Source: the human T2T-CHM13v2.0 reference genome, Homo sapiens. From it: a stretch of 64,000 nucleotides of DNA. The stretch is from assembly GCF_009914755.1 (NCBI RefSeq), contig NC_060928.1, one strand, 5' to 3'. The translations under genes were made by a program, and so were the position numbers. The first letter of the stretch is position 1, and each line of letters starts with the position of its first letter. Under the pieces are notes generated by a model. That model made no database searches, was not told the DNA's origin, and saw nothing but the letters and a program-made list of their open reading frames with translations. Below are positions 43,748 to 60,261 of the stretch, one piece after another.

Positions 43748-46700
43748 TCATGTCCTTTGCTCACTTTTTAATGGGAATATTATTATTATTATTTACTGTT
43801 GAGTTGTTTGAGTTCCTTGTATATTCTGGATATCCTTTGCGATGCAGAAGTTTTTTAGTTTAATATACTCCCATTTGCCTATTTGGCTTTTGTTGCTTGT
43901 GCTTTTGAGGTTTTAGCTATAAATAGTTAACTAGACCAACGTCCTTAAGTGTTTCTCTCATACTTTCTTCTTATAGACTTAAAATTTTGAGGTTTACATT
44001 TAAGTATTTAATCCATCTTCAGTAGATTTTTGTGTATGGTGAGAGACGGGAGTAGAGTTTCATTCTTTTGCATGTAGATATCCAATTTTCCCAGTGCCAT
44101 TTATTGAAAAGGTATCATTTCCTCAGTATATGTTCTTGGCACTTTTGTTGAAAATCTGTTGGCTGTAAATATGTAGATTTATTTCTGGGTTCTCTATTCT
44201 GTTTCATGGTCTCTGTGTCTGTTTTTATACCAGTACCATGCTGTTTTGGTTATTATAGCCTTTTATATATTTTGAAGTCAGGTAGTTTGATGCCTTCAGC
44301 TTTGTACTTTATGCTCTGGATTGCTTTGACCATTTGGGCTCTTTTGTGGTTCCACACAAATTTCAGGACTGTTTTTTTCTATTTCTATGAAAAATAATGA
44401 TAAATACAATAATTCCTTTGGGTAGTGTGGTCATTTTAATGATTTTAACTCTTCTGATTCATGAGCATGGGATGTCTTCCCATTTGTTTGTGTTCTCTTC
44501 AATTTCTTTCATTAGTATTTTGTAGTTTTCCTTGTAGAAAGGTCTTTCACCTCCTTGGTTAAATTTATTCCCAGGTATTTTATTTTTATTTTTATAGCTA
44601 TCATAAATAACATTGCCTTCTTAATTTATGTTTTCTTCTTTTTCTTTTTTTGAGACCCAGATTTGCTCTTGTTGCCCAGGCTGGAGTGCAGGGGCACAAT
44701 CTTGGCTCACTGGATCCCCCACCTCCCAGGTTCAAGCAATTCTCCTGCCTCAGGCTCCTGAGTAGCTGGGATTACAGGTGCCTGCCACCATGCCCGACTA
44801 ATTTTTTGTATTTTTAGTAAAGACGGGGCTTCACTATGTTGGCCAAGCTAGTCTCAAACTCCTGACCTCAGGTGATCCACTTGCCTTGGCCTCTCAAAGT
44901 GCTGGGATTACAGGCGTGAGCCACTGCACCCAGCCTGCCTTCTTAATTTCTTTCTCAGCCAGTTCATTATTTGTGTATAGAAATACTGATTTTTGTATGT
45001 TGATTTTGTATCCTGAAAATTTACTAAGTTTATGTATTTTGTCTAAGAGTTTTTTGGTTGGATCTTTAGTTTTTTCTAGATAAAAGATTATGTCAGCTGC
45101 AAAAAGGGACAATTTGAGTTTATTGTTTACCATTACTGCTGGTATTCTATGGTGATAGCATTTAAATCCTTTTATAGACAAGTGTTTAATATTGTTGTTT
45201 GTTAGTTTTCCATACTGGTAGCATTTGAGTCCTTTCTCTTTGTATTTTTGTGTTTGCTCTGTGATGGGCTTTTTATTTTTGTGTGTTTTCATGATAATAG
45301 ATATTGTATTTTTGCTTATAGGTGTAGAATTCCCTTAAACATTTATTATAGGATCAGTCTAGTGGTAATGAATTCCTACAGCTTTTGCTTTTTTGGGAAA
45401 GAAGGATTTTATTTCTCCTTCATTCATAAATGATAACTTTGCTGGGTATAGTATCCTTGACTGACAGGTTTTTTTTTTTTTTTTTTTCCTTTCAGCGCTT
45501 TGAATACAACACACCATTTTATCCTGGCTTGTAAGGTTTCTGAGGAGAAATCTGCTGTTAGACTGATGGTAGTTTCCTTATAAGTAAGTAGATAACTTTC
45601 TCTTATTGTTTTTAGAATTCTCTTATCTTTGACTATAATGTGCCATGAATAAGACCTTTCTGAATTGTATTTGTTTGGAGATCTCTGAGCTTCTTGTATC
45701 TGGATATCCAAATTTCTTGCTAGACTTAGAAAGTTTTCAGCTATTAACACGTTAAATAATTTTTCCATCCCCTCTGTTTCTTTTTTGCCTTCTTGGACTC
45801 TGGAAATTTGAACATTTGCTTATTTTATGGTATCCCATATCTCCTATAGGTTTTGTTCATTCTTTATAGTTTTTTAAAATTTTTGTCTGACTATGCTATT
45901 TCAGAAGACCCGTCTTCAAGTTTTGAAATGTTTTCTTCTGCTTGATTTACCTTATTATTGGAACTTTTGAATGTATTTTGTATATCACTTAATAAATTCT
46001 TCAGTTCCAATTTTTTTTCTAGTTTTTAAAAATAATATATATCTTTTTGGTAACTTTCTCATTCATTTCCTGAATTATTTTTCTTATTTCTTTGTATTGG
46101 TTTTCTGAATTCTCTTGGATTTCACTGAGCTTCTCTAATATTATTTTGAATTCTTCTGGGATTTCAAAATTGTTTTTTGATTGGGTCCTGTTGCTGAAGA
46201 ATTATTGTGTTCCTTTGGAGGCATCTTATTTCTTTGTTTTAAAAATATTTCCTGTGTCCCTACATTGATATCTGCACATTTGGTGTAACAGTTGCTTCTT
46301 TCAATTTTCTGATTTTGCTATCATAGGGCAGGACTTTTTTCCTGAAGATATATCTCTGGTGTTGATTGGGTAGGGTACTTGGCTTTGATTCTGGATATGT
46401 GCAGTGATGTAGTCTCCATATGATTTCTTAGCTGTAAAAAGCATCAATAATGTCTGTAATTTCCTCAGTGGCTTCGAGTGTGGTGGTTAGTGGAGGCTGT
46501 AGTGAAGTTTTGCTGGGGACTTGGACACCAGGTGGGCCTCTCCTTGGGCCCCAGTGGTGGTAGCAGTGGGCCACACATTCTTGTCTTTGGGTCCAAGTGT
46601 GTTGTATACTGCCACTAGTGTTCCAAGTTCAAACTGATTCTTGTGGCTCAAGGACTCTTACTTGGGTGCCAGTGGTAGCAGTCCTGGGCTAGGAGGGTAG

Positions 46701-47752
46701 GCAGGTTCTTGGGCCACCGGACAGCAGGTGTGGTCTTGGTGATGTTAGTAGCAGTGGCAGGATAATTCTCTGACTCCCAAGCAATTTGTGCTAGTGTTGG
46801 TGGTGACTGTGATGGGCTGGGTGAGCCAATTCCCAGGCTTGGGGGCGTGTGTGAGTGGATACCAGCTGTGGTGGTAGCAGCAGGTTGGTGGGACAAACTT
46901 CAGACCTTCAAAAGGAATGCTCAGGTGCTAATGATGATGGATTGATCTGTGTGGTCCCCAGGCCCCCGAGTGGTGTGCTTAGGCACTGGAAAATCAAAGC
47001 TGGGCCAGGAAGACCGTTCTTAAGCCCTATGATCGTGTGTGCAGGTACTGATTGTGATAGTCAGGAGGAGATCTCCAGGTCTCTGACGAAATGCTTGGGT
47101 TGAGTGGCAGTGATGGAACTCTAGTCTTGCTGCTTGCAAGACTGGGACTGCTTTCACTGGCAGCAGCTATATTTAGGTGCATGGGGAATACTTGTTTTCT
47201 CTTGTTTTTTCAAGGTGGTGGTAAGCCACAGTGGCAGTTGCTGTTGGTAGGGGAGTATTTCCTTGGAACATGTAAAATGCACAGTTGCTTTTCTGCGGGG
47301 GCAGCAGGGAATTGCCAATGGCTCACACTTCAGCCATGGCAGTGGCTGCAGGCCTGGAATGTCAATGGAGCTCCAGCAATGTGGAGATGCAGTAGCTGTT
47401 GGGCTCTTCAGCCAGGATATAGTCTGGTGGGGGTTGGGTTCTCAATAGGGTGTCTTACTGTAGCTGCTTAGGGCTCAGGGGTGTGTGGGACCCAGCATGA
47501 GCTCCCTCTCAGGAACAATGCCTTCATGTAGTCTCCAGGCAGCTGCCTAGGTAAGTTTTGGGGCCTGCTAGTATCTAGAAGCTCTCCTATGGCTAGGATT
47601 ACAGGAGTCCATGGTGGGAATGTGGATCGCCAAGGGCCACTCACTCTTCACCTGCATGAGGGAGCCTCCCTAGGCTCCCAGCAGATCCCAGATGATCAGG
47701 CTGCCTTTCTTCCTTCTCCTTCCTTGCTTTAGGTGTTTCTAGTCACTTCTCT
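43748..47752 (-). mobile_element. L1MA-like element: ORF2 3' part (43748-45118), ORF1 (~45350-46250) and 5' UTR (~46250-47752); internal deletion, no 3' end
   Basis: Antisense translations '[18 protein letters not shown]...[12 protein letters not shown]' (RT) and 'IQIQEAQRSP...ISLTADFSSETLQAR' (ORF1p); GC-richer 5' UTR. Confidence 0.9.
44628..44935 (-). mobile_element. AluSq-like with 14 bp TSD
   Basis: TSD tgccttcttaattt at 44614-44627 and 44936-44949. Confidence 0.97.
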
Positions 47753-47879
47753 GGAACAGATATTTGAGTACCAAATAAACAGATCAAATAAACAGATATT
47801 TGAGTAGCACTATATGTCATCTCTTATTCTTTGTCCATGTCTATGTTTTCTCTTTTGTGTAAGCATATCTAAGATTACT

Positions 47880-47998
47880 ACTATATATACACATATGTCT
47901 AAAAAATATACGTATGTATGTGTGTATATATGTATATATGTGTATATATTTACATGTGTGTATATACACATGTACATATATACATATATATACACGTC

Positions 47999-48046
<48 letters not shown>
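47880..48046. repeat. Compound (TA/TG/CA)n tract ending in a pure (TA)n run, abutting an Alu tail
   Basis: Seen directly. Confidence 0.95.
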
Positions 48047-48344
<298 letters not shown>

Positions 48345-48488
48345 CTCCTACTTTATATTCTTTATCTTATAATTTAACATAGGAATCTTTTAGGGGTTTA
48401 ATTATGCCATTTTTAAAAAATCTTTCTAACGTCTCTTTTTTGTGTTGTTTCTAGCAGTAAGCTTATTATATACGTACGGTGCCTTTAC

Positions 48489-48697
48489 CTAGTGTTGTGC
48501 TAATAAACTGGTTCCCATCATAAAAAGCCAAATTTGTTTGCCAATTTATATGGTATAAATGTTCCCATGATAGTCAATTTTGATACTATGTGCCAGTAAG
48601 TACTGCTAGTTTGACATCACTGAATATGAAGTTGAAAAGAGGTGCATACAATTGGCTTTCTCAAGTAAGTCTGCAAGAGACAGCTCCAGTCCACCAC
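48489..48697 (-). mobile_element. MER63A (hAT-Blackjack)
   Basis: Ends tagtgttgtgct...cagctccagtccaccac; 'tgacatcactgaatatgaagttgaaaagaggtgcatacaattggct'. Confidence 0.75.
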
Positions 48698-49477
48698 AAC
48701 CTTTATCTGTAGAAATCCTACTACATTAGGATTGAGAATCCATTCTTTATAGGGAATTTGACTTTGCTTTTGTTGAGCACCTGTAACTGTTCCCAATGTC
48801 AGGCCACTTTATATTAATTTCTTAGCTTTTTTGGAACATGTAGATAGTTTTGAGTTGGATCCACAAATTTATTTGAGGAATGCTTCTTTTTTTGTTATGT
48901 TTTTATTTTTTTAAACTGACAGTAATAACTAATTGCATATATTTGCAGGTTAAAATGTTATATTTTGATATGTGTGTACATTGTGGGAGGACTGCTTCTG
49001 TTAACAGATTCTCAGAGGAGTTCTTTTTGTATTTTCCTTCACTCAAGGCCAAAAATAGTTCCCAGTTATATCCTTTCGCAAGGCTGATATTTTTCTATTC
49101 AGCCTCCCATTCAGAGTGTAGCCCTTTAGGCTCTTGGCTTTATTCAGCATTTCAACTTCAATTCCCTATTTTGTGAAGGCTTAAGACTTTCAGCTATTAA
49201 AACCCAAGGCTCTTGCTTTTTGGAGGTCAGCCAATGCCCTTGGGATGGCTGCCAGCTTTAGCGCCTGCTTACCAGTCTAGATTCATTCTGGGATCCTTCA
49301 CTTCTGAATACTTTCTTATTCTCTTGTGAGCTTAACTATGCATTTAAAATAATTGTGAAAAAATGTTTATACAGTGTTTTAAAGTGTTTTGTAATGGAAA
49401 GGTTTTGAGGATATGTAGACTAATATTTCTAGAAGCAGAGTTTCCATTTTAAATTTCTAAAATTCTATACACCTTTT

Positions 49478-49970
49478 CTGGTTATCTATCTCTGCATAAC
49501 GAATATTACAAACTTAGGGTTTGTAAGAACAATCAATTAATTATGTTTATGATCTGTGGGCTAAGAATTTGGACAGGGCTCAGCTGAGTAATTCTTCTGC
49601 TCTATATGGTATCAGCTTGTTCACTTGTGTTTTTCAGCTGGAGGCTTGCCTGGTTTGGAGGGTCCAAGAGGGTTTCACTCACATTTCTGGTGCCTTGGCA
49701 GGGACAGCTGAAAGTCTGATCTCAGTTGATTTGTTCTGTTCTATCTGTCTATATAGTCTTACAGCCCACCATTATGATCTCTCCAGCAGAATCACTGTAT
49801 TTCTTAACATCATCACTCAGGGCTCAAAGAGTAAATGTTCCTAGAGTCAGAAGTGGAAGCTACCAATTTCTAAGTCTAAAGGTCTGCACATTGTCACCTT
49901 TGTCATATTCTATTGGTCAAAACAGTCCTTGAGCCCAGACTGAAGAGGAGGAGGCAATATAGAGATCACC
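49478..49970 (-). mobile_element. Old MLT1 (J/K-like) LTR
   Basis: 'gaatttggacagggctcagctg...ggtttcactcacatttctggtgccttggcaggg...catattctattggtcaa'. Confidence 0.8.
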
Positions 49971-51008
49971 TAGTCTCACATTTTCCCTCAAAAGATGAAG
50001 AAGCCAGGACCTAGAGAGATCAAATAAATTGCTACAGTCACACTGTGGCTAGTGTCATGCTTTGGATCCAGTAAAGAATAACCCAGTTTCTGCAAATGAA
50101 ATTGTCCAACTGGAATAGACCCAGGAATCATTGCTACAGATGCTGGTAGGAAGTCCAGAAGATAGAACAGGTAATGGTAACCAGAAAGTAAGCCAACAGA
50201 TAACAGGTGGTAGTTTTACACATTAGTTGGTCTGCAGTTCACTGTTTAATAACTAGGTATCCCAACAGGGGAATAAAAAACTGATGATATTCAGAAATCC
50301 AAGAGACAATTAATTAAACAGATATTGAGGACCACTATACTCCAGGGACTGAAGCATTAGTGAGACAAGGGCAGACACAACGCAGTTCCTGGCCTTGTAG
50401 GGCTTAGGAATTGGGCCAGCAGAGGGCAAGCAACCAGAAAGTCTATTAACAGGGAATAAGGCCCTAGCTACTGGCTACTTAGACAAGCAAGCAGAGTTCT
50501 AGTTCTAGAAGTGCCGGAATACTGAGATATTTTCCAAGATGAGGACGTGAGTGCAAAGGCCAAGGCAGAGATCTCACTCTGATTAAAGGATGTGTATCAG
50601 ATATTAGGGACAAAGCATTAGCACATTTATTGAAACCAGATAGGTGGACATAAAGATGTGTATGCTGAGTTTTGGAGTTTATGGCTAAAGATCCTTAAGT
50701 TTTTTAGGATTTTCTCAGAGGCTCACCTAAACAGAAATGAAGAGATTGAAAACATAACCAGTAGTTTATTATTGAAAACATGGAAGATGACTAAAGGAAG
50801 TGAATCATAGATACTGATGAGCAGCAGCAAATGATAAAAGGTAACCGAATGGGTAGGCAAAGAAATTAAGTTGTCACAGCTAGTAAATGGGTGATTCATA
50901 AGTGTAATATACAGTAATGTAAGTAGTAAAATTGGACTCTGTATTTCAGAAGTTATATAGTTAATAGCCTACAAAGGCTAGGCAGCAAACATAAATTAGG
51001 ATGCAGGC

Positions 51009-51163
51009 TGTTTTGGACTGAATTGTGCTCCCTGAAAATTCACCCCCTTAAATCCCCATGTGACTGTATTTGAAAATAGTATCTTTAAGAGGTAACTCAG
51101 GTGAAAAAGGTTATAAGAATGGGACCCTAACCTGGTAAGACTAGTAGCCTTATAGAATAAGGA

Positions 51164-51217
<54 letters not shown>

Positions 51218-51420
51218 ATATACAAAGAAGAAAGGTAATGTGAAGACACAGCAAGACGGTGGCAGTCTCCAAGTCAGGAAGAGAGCCCTCAGCAGAAACT
51301 GAGCTTGTCAGCACCTTGACCATGAACTTCTAGGCTCCACAGTTGTGAGAAAATAATACCTATTTTTTAAGACACCCAGATTTTTGTATGTTATTATGGC
51401 AGCCCAAGGAGACTAATACA
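51009..51420 (+). mobile_element. MLT1B solo LTR with internal (GA)n at ~51163-51212
   Basis: tgttttggactgaattgtg start, gactaataca end; TSD caggc/cagac. Confidence 0.92.
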
Positions 51421-51937
51421 CAGACCAAATTTAGTATAACAGGGCAAGCAGTAGAGAATACAACTGGGATTGGTGGACAGAGCCTTGAAGTAGAGCACAA
51501 AAGCCTCTTCCAAAAGGAATAGATGCTACTGAGCTCCAGTGAATTGAGGTTGAGCTTGGTGGGAGGGAATAGGGAAATATATGTAAAAAAATGTGGTGGT
51601 AGACATTGATAGCTTCTTTTAGGTTAGGCAGGGCTCTGAAAGATTATCCTCAAACTGCTCTCCAAGGTCCTCATTTGCCTTAGGCCAAAATGTTTTTTAA
51701 AATGAATGGAGATGATATACATGAAGTTCAGGGTAGGGCGAGGGGGGTAGTTGAGACAGTAATCCTTTCAAATTTGCAGACCACCTGGGGTGGAGGGTGG
51801 CTCATGGCCCTCAGTGGGTTCCTCACATGACTCTCTCCCTCATAACCTGCCAGAATTGATAATCTTCAAAGACCTGGGGTCAAAGCTCTGATCTCTTAGT
51901 AGATGTCTCTGCCCTAAGCCTACTCTAGGATTCCTAG

Positions 51938-53140
<1,203 letters not shown>

Positions 53141-54848
53141 TATTTTGCAGGCTAACAACACATGAACCAAACATACTGGTGAGCCGGAACAGCCTATGAG
53201 TTGCCAGCTTACAACCTTCAGGATTTAGCAATAGCTGAAATGCCCAATACAGGGCCAATAGTAATGACTGAATTCAGCACGATGATCTTGAAGTAATGAA
53301 TAAATTCAGCATTATGATTTTTTTTAAAGATGTTTGTCTATTACTCAGGCAGGAAAAGTTACTTCCCATTGAGGTTCAATATTGAAATCTTATTTGAATT
53401 TGTATGTTGTAAACTTTGATATAACAACTGATAGCATGGCTGGCAAGGGAAAGAGGTATATCATAAAACAAAGAAGAGCTTGTTGCTCAGATAAGGAATG
53501 AAAACAAATTTGAAAGCTTTAAGACCAAGATAGGAATTTGTAGAGTTAACAAAAATGAAATGAATATATGAAATATATACACAGGTTCTTATTGCTAGAA
53601 AATAAAAAAATAGAAGAAACAATTTTTAAAAATCTGGTCATTCACTATATGCCTGTATATATTATTTATACACATATATTTATATCTTGTTTATATATAA
53701 ATTATATAGATGGTCTTTCATACTTACCCTAGATGGGTAACCCAGTGGTGAAATAAAACTTCTGTACATAAGAAGTTTGGAAACTGAGCTGAGGTTTCCT
53801 ATTATTTCCCAGTGGACTAGTAGAGAGTAACTTCTTTCTCCTTTTATCAACAATCCCCAAGAAAAGGACAGTGTTTGAAAGCCTCCATTTTTATAGAGTT
53901 TTCCAGTATAGCCATTCTAATGCCAATACTCTCAAAGTGAAAGTGAACTAAAATAGTCAAACCAAACTATGCATCAGATAAGTGCTTATATAACCACAGA
54001 AAATGAATTCTGAGGGAATCTAGAACAAATTAATTTGATTTCAAATGCTTCCTGGAATGCAGTCTAAAAACAACAGAAACTGCCTAAGCATGTGAACTTT
54101 GGTAGCTATTTTTTGTTTGGATTAAATTTTAAATTGTGACTTTAGAATTTTTTTTTTGTATTGTTGGTAAAGCAAGTAAGTAATTTGTTTCATTGCAAGT
54201 CAACAATTTCAGTGTAAGAAAAAGAAGATGTAATAACTGAATCAATAGTTTAAATAGGAATGCTGCACTATTGGAAAGATTAATATAAATTTGTGGTGTT
54301 CCAGGGCTGGAAAACATTGTTTATAGCCCTGTTCACTGACATGGTCCAGGGCAAGGTCATTCTGTGATCTACCCTAGTGTTCAAGAGCACAGGACCTTTT
54401 AGAAAATGGTTGATTCCATGTATGGGCTGGAAAGTACAATGTGAAACTCTACTATCAGGTTGTGCCAGGAAGGAGGGAAGCTTTTGAAGATTAATGGTGT
54501 TATGTCAAAAGACCACAGAAACCAATTTAAGGTGTACTTGAGACAATTCGAGCACCAAAAGGAGGATAATAGTTTTGGTCAGTTGACACACTGTAAATCT
54601 GAAAAACTATTAGTTCATAATAATGTGCAAAAGAGAAAAAAAATAACCAAGTGTTGAGTCTTGTTATTCAATCATGTTAGTGTTATTAACTAATTTATTG
54701 TATGGCTAAAGAGTGTAGAAACAAAAAGTGTAAATGTGTCAGCTCAATGCATTTTCTGACTCAAAGGGAATATGAGTAGAATGATACCACAAGTTGTGAC
54801 CTTAAATCAGACATAAAATATTCAAATTAGATTGTGTATATATACATA

Positions 54849-54931
54849 TTAGGTTGATGCAAAAGTAATTGTGGTCTTTGCCATTTAAAAGAAAAAAGGC
54901 AAAAACCACAATTGCTTTTGCACCAATTTAA
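54849..54931. mobile_element. MADE1 MITE (Hsmar1-derived), TA-flanked palindrome
   Basis: ta-ttaggttgatgcaaaagtaattgtggtctttgcc...ggcaaaaaccacaattgcttttgcaccaatttaa-ta. Confidence 0.95.
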
Positions 54932-55231
54932 TACATATATAAGCATATGTTCTAATATATTATTGGTAATATATAGTGATATATATTATATATTGATGTA
55001 TTAATACACAATAATGTACATTATATATTGATATATAATCATATATATTATACTGATATATGTTCATATATCATGATTATATATTAATATATCATGACAT
55101 ATTAACATATATAAATCCTATTAATATATAATATACCATTATATATAAACATATATAATATACCATTTTATATATAAACATATATAATATACCATTATAT
55201 ATAAACATATATCATATATGATATATATGTA
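54932..55231. repeat. TA-rich low-complexity tract containing a 27 bp x3 minisatellite (55124-55206)
   Basis: Unit atatataatataccattatatataaac at 55124, 55151 (+tt) and 55180. Confidence 0.9.
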
Positions 55232-55266
55232 TTAGGTTGGTGCAAAAGCAATTTTGCTTTTTGGCT
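55232..55266 (+). mobile_element. Solo Hsmar1/MADE1 terminal inverted repeat
   Basis: ta-ttaggttggtgcaaaagcaattttgctttttggc; no partner arm downstream. Confidence 0.85.
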
Positions 55267-55699
55267 TTTTTGTATAGTTCTATAGTTCTAAGAATAAAAA
55301 AATTTCAAGAGTCATCAGGCCCAAAGGATTTAAAGTTACATTTCTCAGGAGCCCATCAAGGGAAAAGGCCTTCAGAATTAGAAGAGGGATCATGTTTCTA
55401 TTACTTGAAGTTTTCCAACTTGAGTGAAAGAACTCTTACTAGACTAAAGAATTAGATCATACAGATAACCCGAATCCATGAGACTAGGCTAACTGATCCT
55501 CTTAGAGTTGTGAAATCACTGGTGTAACAAAAATTGGGTTCAGCAACCATAGTAACAAATAGCATCCTTGTGAGGTAAATTTCTCTCAATAATGTCAATT
55601 AAAAGGTATGGGAACTGTTTTCTTCACATGAATTAGCATGTTTTTCAACCCGAGAATATTTACAACTAAGTACAGAAATGTTAAGAATGAAGCTCTGCC

Positions 55700-56378
55700 C
55701 TTCCGCACAGCAAAAGAAACTACCATCAGAGTGAACAAGCAATCCACAGAATGGGAGAAAATTTTTGCAATCTACTCATCTGACAAAGGGCTAACATCCA
55801 GAATCTACAAAGAACTCAAACAAATTTACGAGAAAAAAACAAACAACCCCATCAACAAGTGGGCAAAGGATATGAACAGACACTTCTCAAAAGAAGACAT
55901 TTATGCAGCCAACAGACACATGAAAAAATGCTCATCATCACTGGCCATCAGAGAAATGCAAATCAAAACCACAGTGAGATACCATCTCACACCAGTTAGA
56001 ATGGCGATCATTAAAAAGTCAGGAAACAACAGGTGCTGGAGAGGATGTGGAGAAATAGGAACACTTTTACACTGTTGGTGGGACTGTAAACTAGTTCAAC
56101 CATTGTGGAAGACAGTGTGGCGATTCCTCATGGATCTAGAACTAGAAATACCAGCCATCCCATTACTGGGTATATACCCAAAGGATTGTAAATCATGCTG
56201 CTATAAAGACACATGCACACATATGTTTATTGAGGCACTATTCACAATAACAAAGACTTGGAACCAACCCAAATGTCCATCAATGATAGACTGGATTAAG
56301 AAAATGTGGCACATATACACCATGGAATACTATGCAGCCATAAAAAAGGATGAGTTCATGTCTTTTGTAGGGACATAG
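55700..56378 (+). pseudogene. L1 ORF2p C-terminal fragment (cysteine-rich domain), open frame up to a premature TAG
   Basis: Translation includes [18 protein letters not shown] and [19 protein letters not shown]; the stop replaces the Trp of GTWMKLE. Confidence 0.93.
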
Positions 56379-56696
56379 ATGAAGCTGGAAACCATCATTC
56401 TCAGCAAACTATCGCAAGGACAGAAAACCAAACACCGCATGTTCTCACTCATAGGTGGGAATTGAACAATGAGAACACTTGGACACAGAAAGGGGAACAT
56501 CATACACTGGGGCCTGTTGTGGGGTGGGGGGATGGGGGAGGGATAGCATTAGGAGAAATACCTAATGTAAATGAGGAGTTAATGGGTGCAGCACACCAAC
56601 ATGGCACATGTATACATATGTAACAAACCTGCACGTTGTGCACATGTACCCTGGAACTTAAAGTATAATAATAATAAAAAAAAAAAACAGAAAAAA
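55700..56696 (+). mobile_element. 5'-truncated L1PA (L1PA5-like), ~1 kb, with 17 bp TSD
   Basis: TSD aagaa(t/g)gaagctctgcc at 55683-55699 and 56697-56713; G-rich 3' UTR and poly-A. Confidence 0.97.
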
Positions 56697-57321
56697 AAGA
56701 AGGAAGCTCTGCCTTGTTCGTATTTTATATGCTAATAATAAACATATTATTGGCCAGTGGAGTCACAGTCTTAAATAATTTGAAATGGCTATTTAAATAA
56801 TATGCAGTATTTAATTTATGACTTTAAGAAATAATCACATACAGTTTTATCTCATCTAAGAAAACATTAGGTTTACATTATTTACAAGCATTGCTCATTG
56901 AATTTGTAAGAATTATTGAAGACCCAGGAAAATTTTATTTCCTGTATTAGCCAATTGTAGTATTTAAAAGGCAAATTCTTGAGGTGATCCAACTGCTTAG
57001 TGTTCTTCCATCACAGAGTATCACTCCTCCCTATTGTCACTCCTATTCTGTTCCCCAACACCTCACTACCTGATCTACAAATTGGGGGTCTGAGTGTTCA
57101 AAGGCCACCTAAACACTGCAGGTTATTTAGTCTCCTTGTTCACGGCTCTGGCTGTATCCAGAAAAACTTCTCATGGCCTAATTCACTGCTCCCTGTCCTA
57201 GTCTTGTTATTTCATACAGTGACACACTGGGGGATAACAATAATAACAATAAGAGCAGGGTGCTTTGATTTTCTCAAACAACAGTATCTCATCATGTGTT
57301 CTGCTCCATTTTTTCTATTTA

Positions 57322-58442
<1,121 letters not shown>

Positions 58443-58527
58443 ATAACATTTATAAAGCAGGGAGGCCAGTACTATACAGGGCTACATTGGGTGGGTAGGG
58501 GTTCCGCACTCATTTAGAAAATGACCA

Positions 58528-58968
58528 CAGGTGACCTTTGAACAATGCGGGTTTGAACTGCATGAATCCACTTATACGTGAATTTTCTTCACCTATGCCA
58601 CATCCGAGATAGCAAGACCAAGCCCTCCTCTTCCTCCTCCTCCTTTCAGCGTACTCAATATTAAGATGATCAGGATAAAGATCTTTACAATGATCCACTT
58701 CCACTTAAGGAATAGTATACATATTTTGTCTTCCTGATGGTTTTCCTAATAACATTTTCTGTTCTGTAGCCTAATTTATTGTAAGAATACAGTACATAAT
58801 ACATTTAATGTACAAAATACGTGTTAATTGACTATGTTATTAGTAAGACTTCAGGCCAATAGTAGCTATTAGGAATTAAGTTTTTGGAGGAGTCAAAAGT
58901 TGTATGTGGATTTTCAAATGGGAGGGGGATTAGCTCCTCTAACCTCTGCATTGTTCAAGAGTCAACTG
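58528..58968 (+). mobile_element. Tigger2a (MER28), complete
   Basis: TIRs caggtgacctttgaacaatgc / gcattgttcaagagtcaactg-TA; internal 'gatccacttccacttaa'. Confidence 0.92.
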
Positions 58969-59830
58969 TATCTGACTTTTCCATCAAAGGGGTTATGCCC
59001 ATGTCCTGGTTGTTCCATATCTGCTCTTTGGATGGGCTAAGGGTTTCCAAGTAGTATTAGTGTCAAAAATAAATTGCTCTAGAAATAGATTTCTTTCGGG
59101 GGGTCATAGACTCAGATCAAGGTTCTGATATTATAGAACATACTTTCTACATGTATGTAAAATCCTAAATGTCAAATAATAACCTCATATTTTTTCCCAC
59201 TCTCAGTACTCTGGCAAAGTAAGAAGAGGAAACTATGACATTAATGAAACACTAAGTAATTTTTCAGTGAATGAGGGTGCAAGTGGCTGAGACCTTCCAA
59301 TGATCAATACATGTGAGAAGCCATTCTGCATTCTGCGGGCTTCAGGCCACTGAAATCATCAGGAACAATGCAGAAAGCTTCCAGCTTATATTCTGGCTAT
59401 TTCTCTCCAAAGCTGAGAACAAGGTAATGCCATTTACAAACACTTGTTCTGGCTACACTTCCTTTTCTCTATACATACGGGCTACCAGTTCAATAATATA
59501 TTTTACACCAATGAATTCTTTTCAGCTGGAGATGGTCTGTGTAAAGGAATTTTGGACTAAAACTGCCTTATACCTGGATGGACTGTGCCCTGTGAAATTC
59601 TCTCAATCCCATTGCTGAACTGTGCTTAAGATCACTGTTATGTATGCTCCTGTCTCATTGTTAAGTCTTCCTGCATGTTAACCAGGGACCTGCAAATTCT
59701 AGGCCTTAACTACATCAAAGTAATCATGGAAACCAGGGGCATTTCTATAATTTACAGATACCACTGAAGAGTTGAAAAGCTCAGAAAGGGACTCGTAGTT
59801 TTTACCACTTTGTGGCAGCCTCAGATTTAA

Positions 59831-60261
<431 letters not shown>

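Noticed and set aside
46490-47720. GC-richer block resembling a promoter or exon
   Set aside because: It is the CpG-depleted 5' UTR of the antisense L1MA, contiguous with its ORF1
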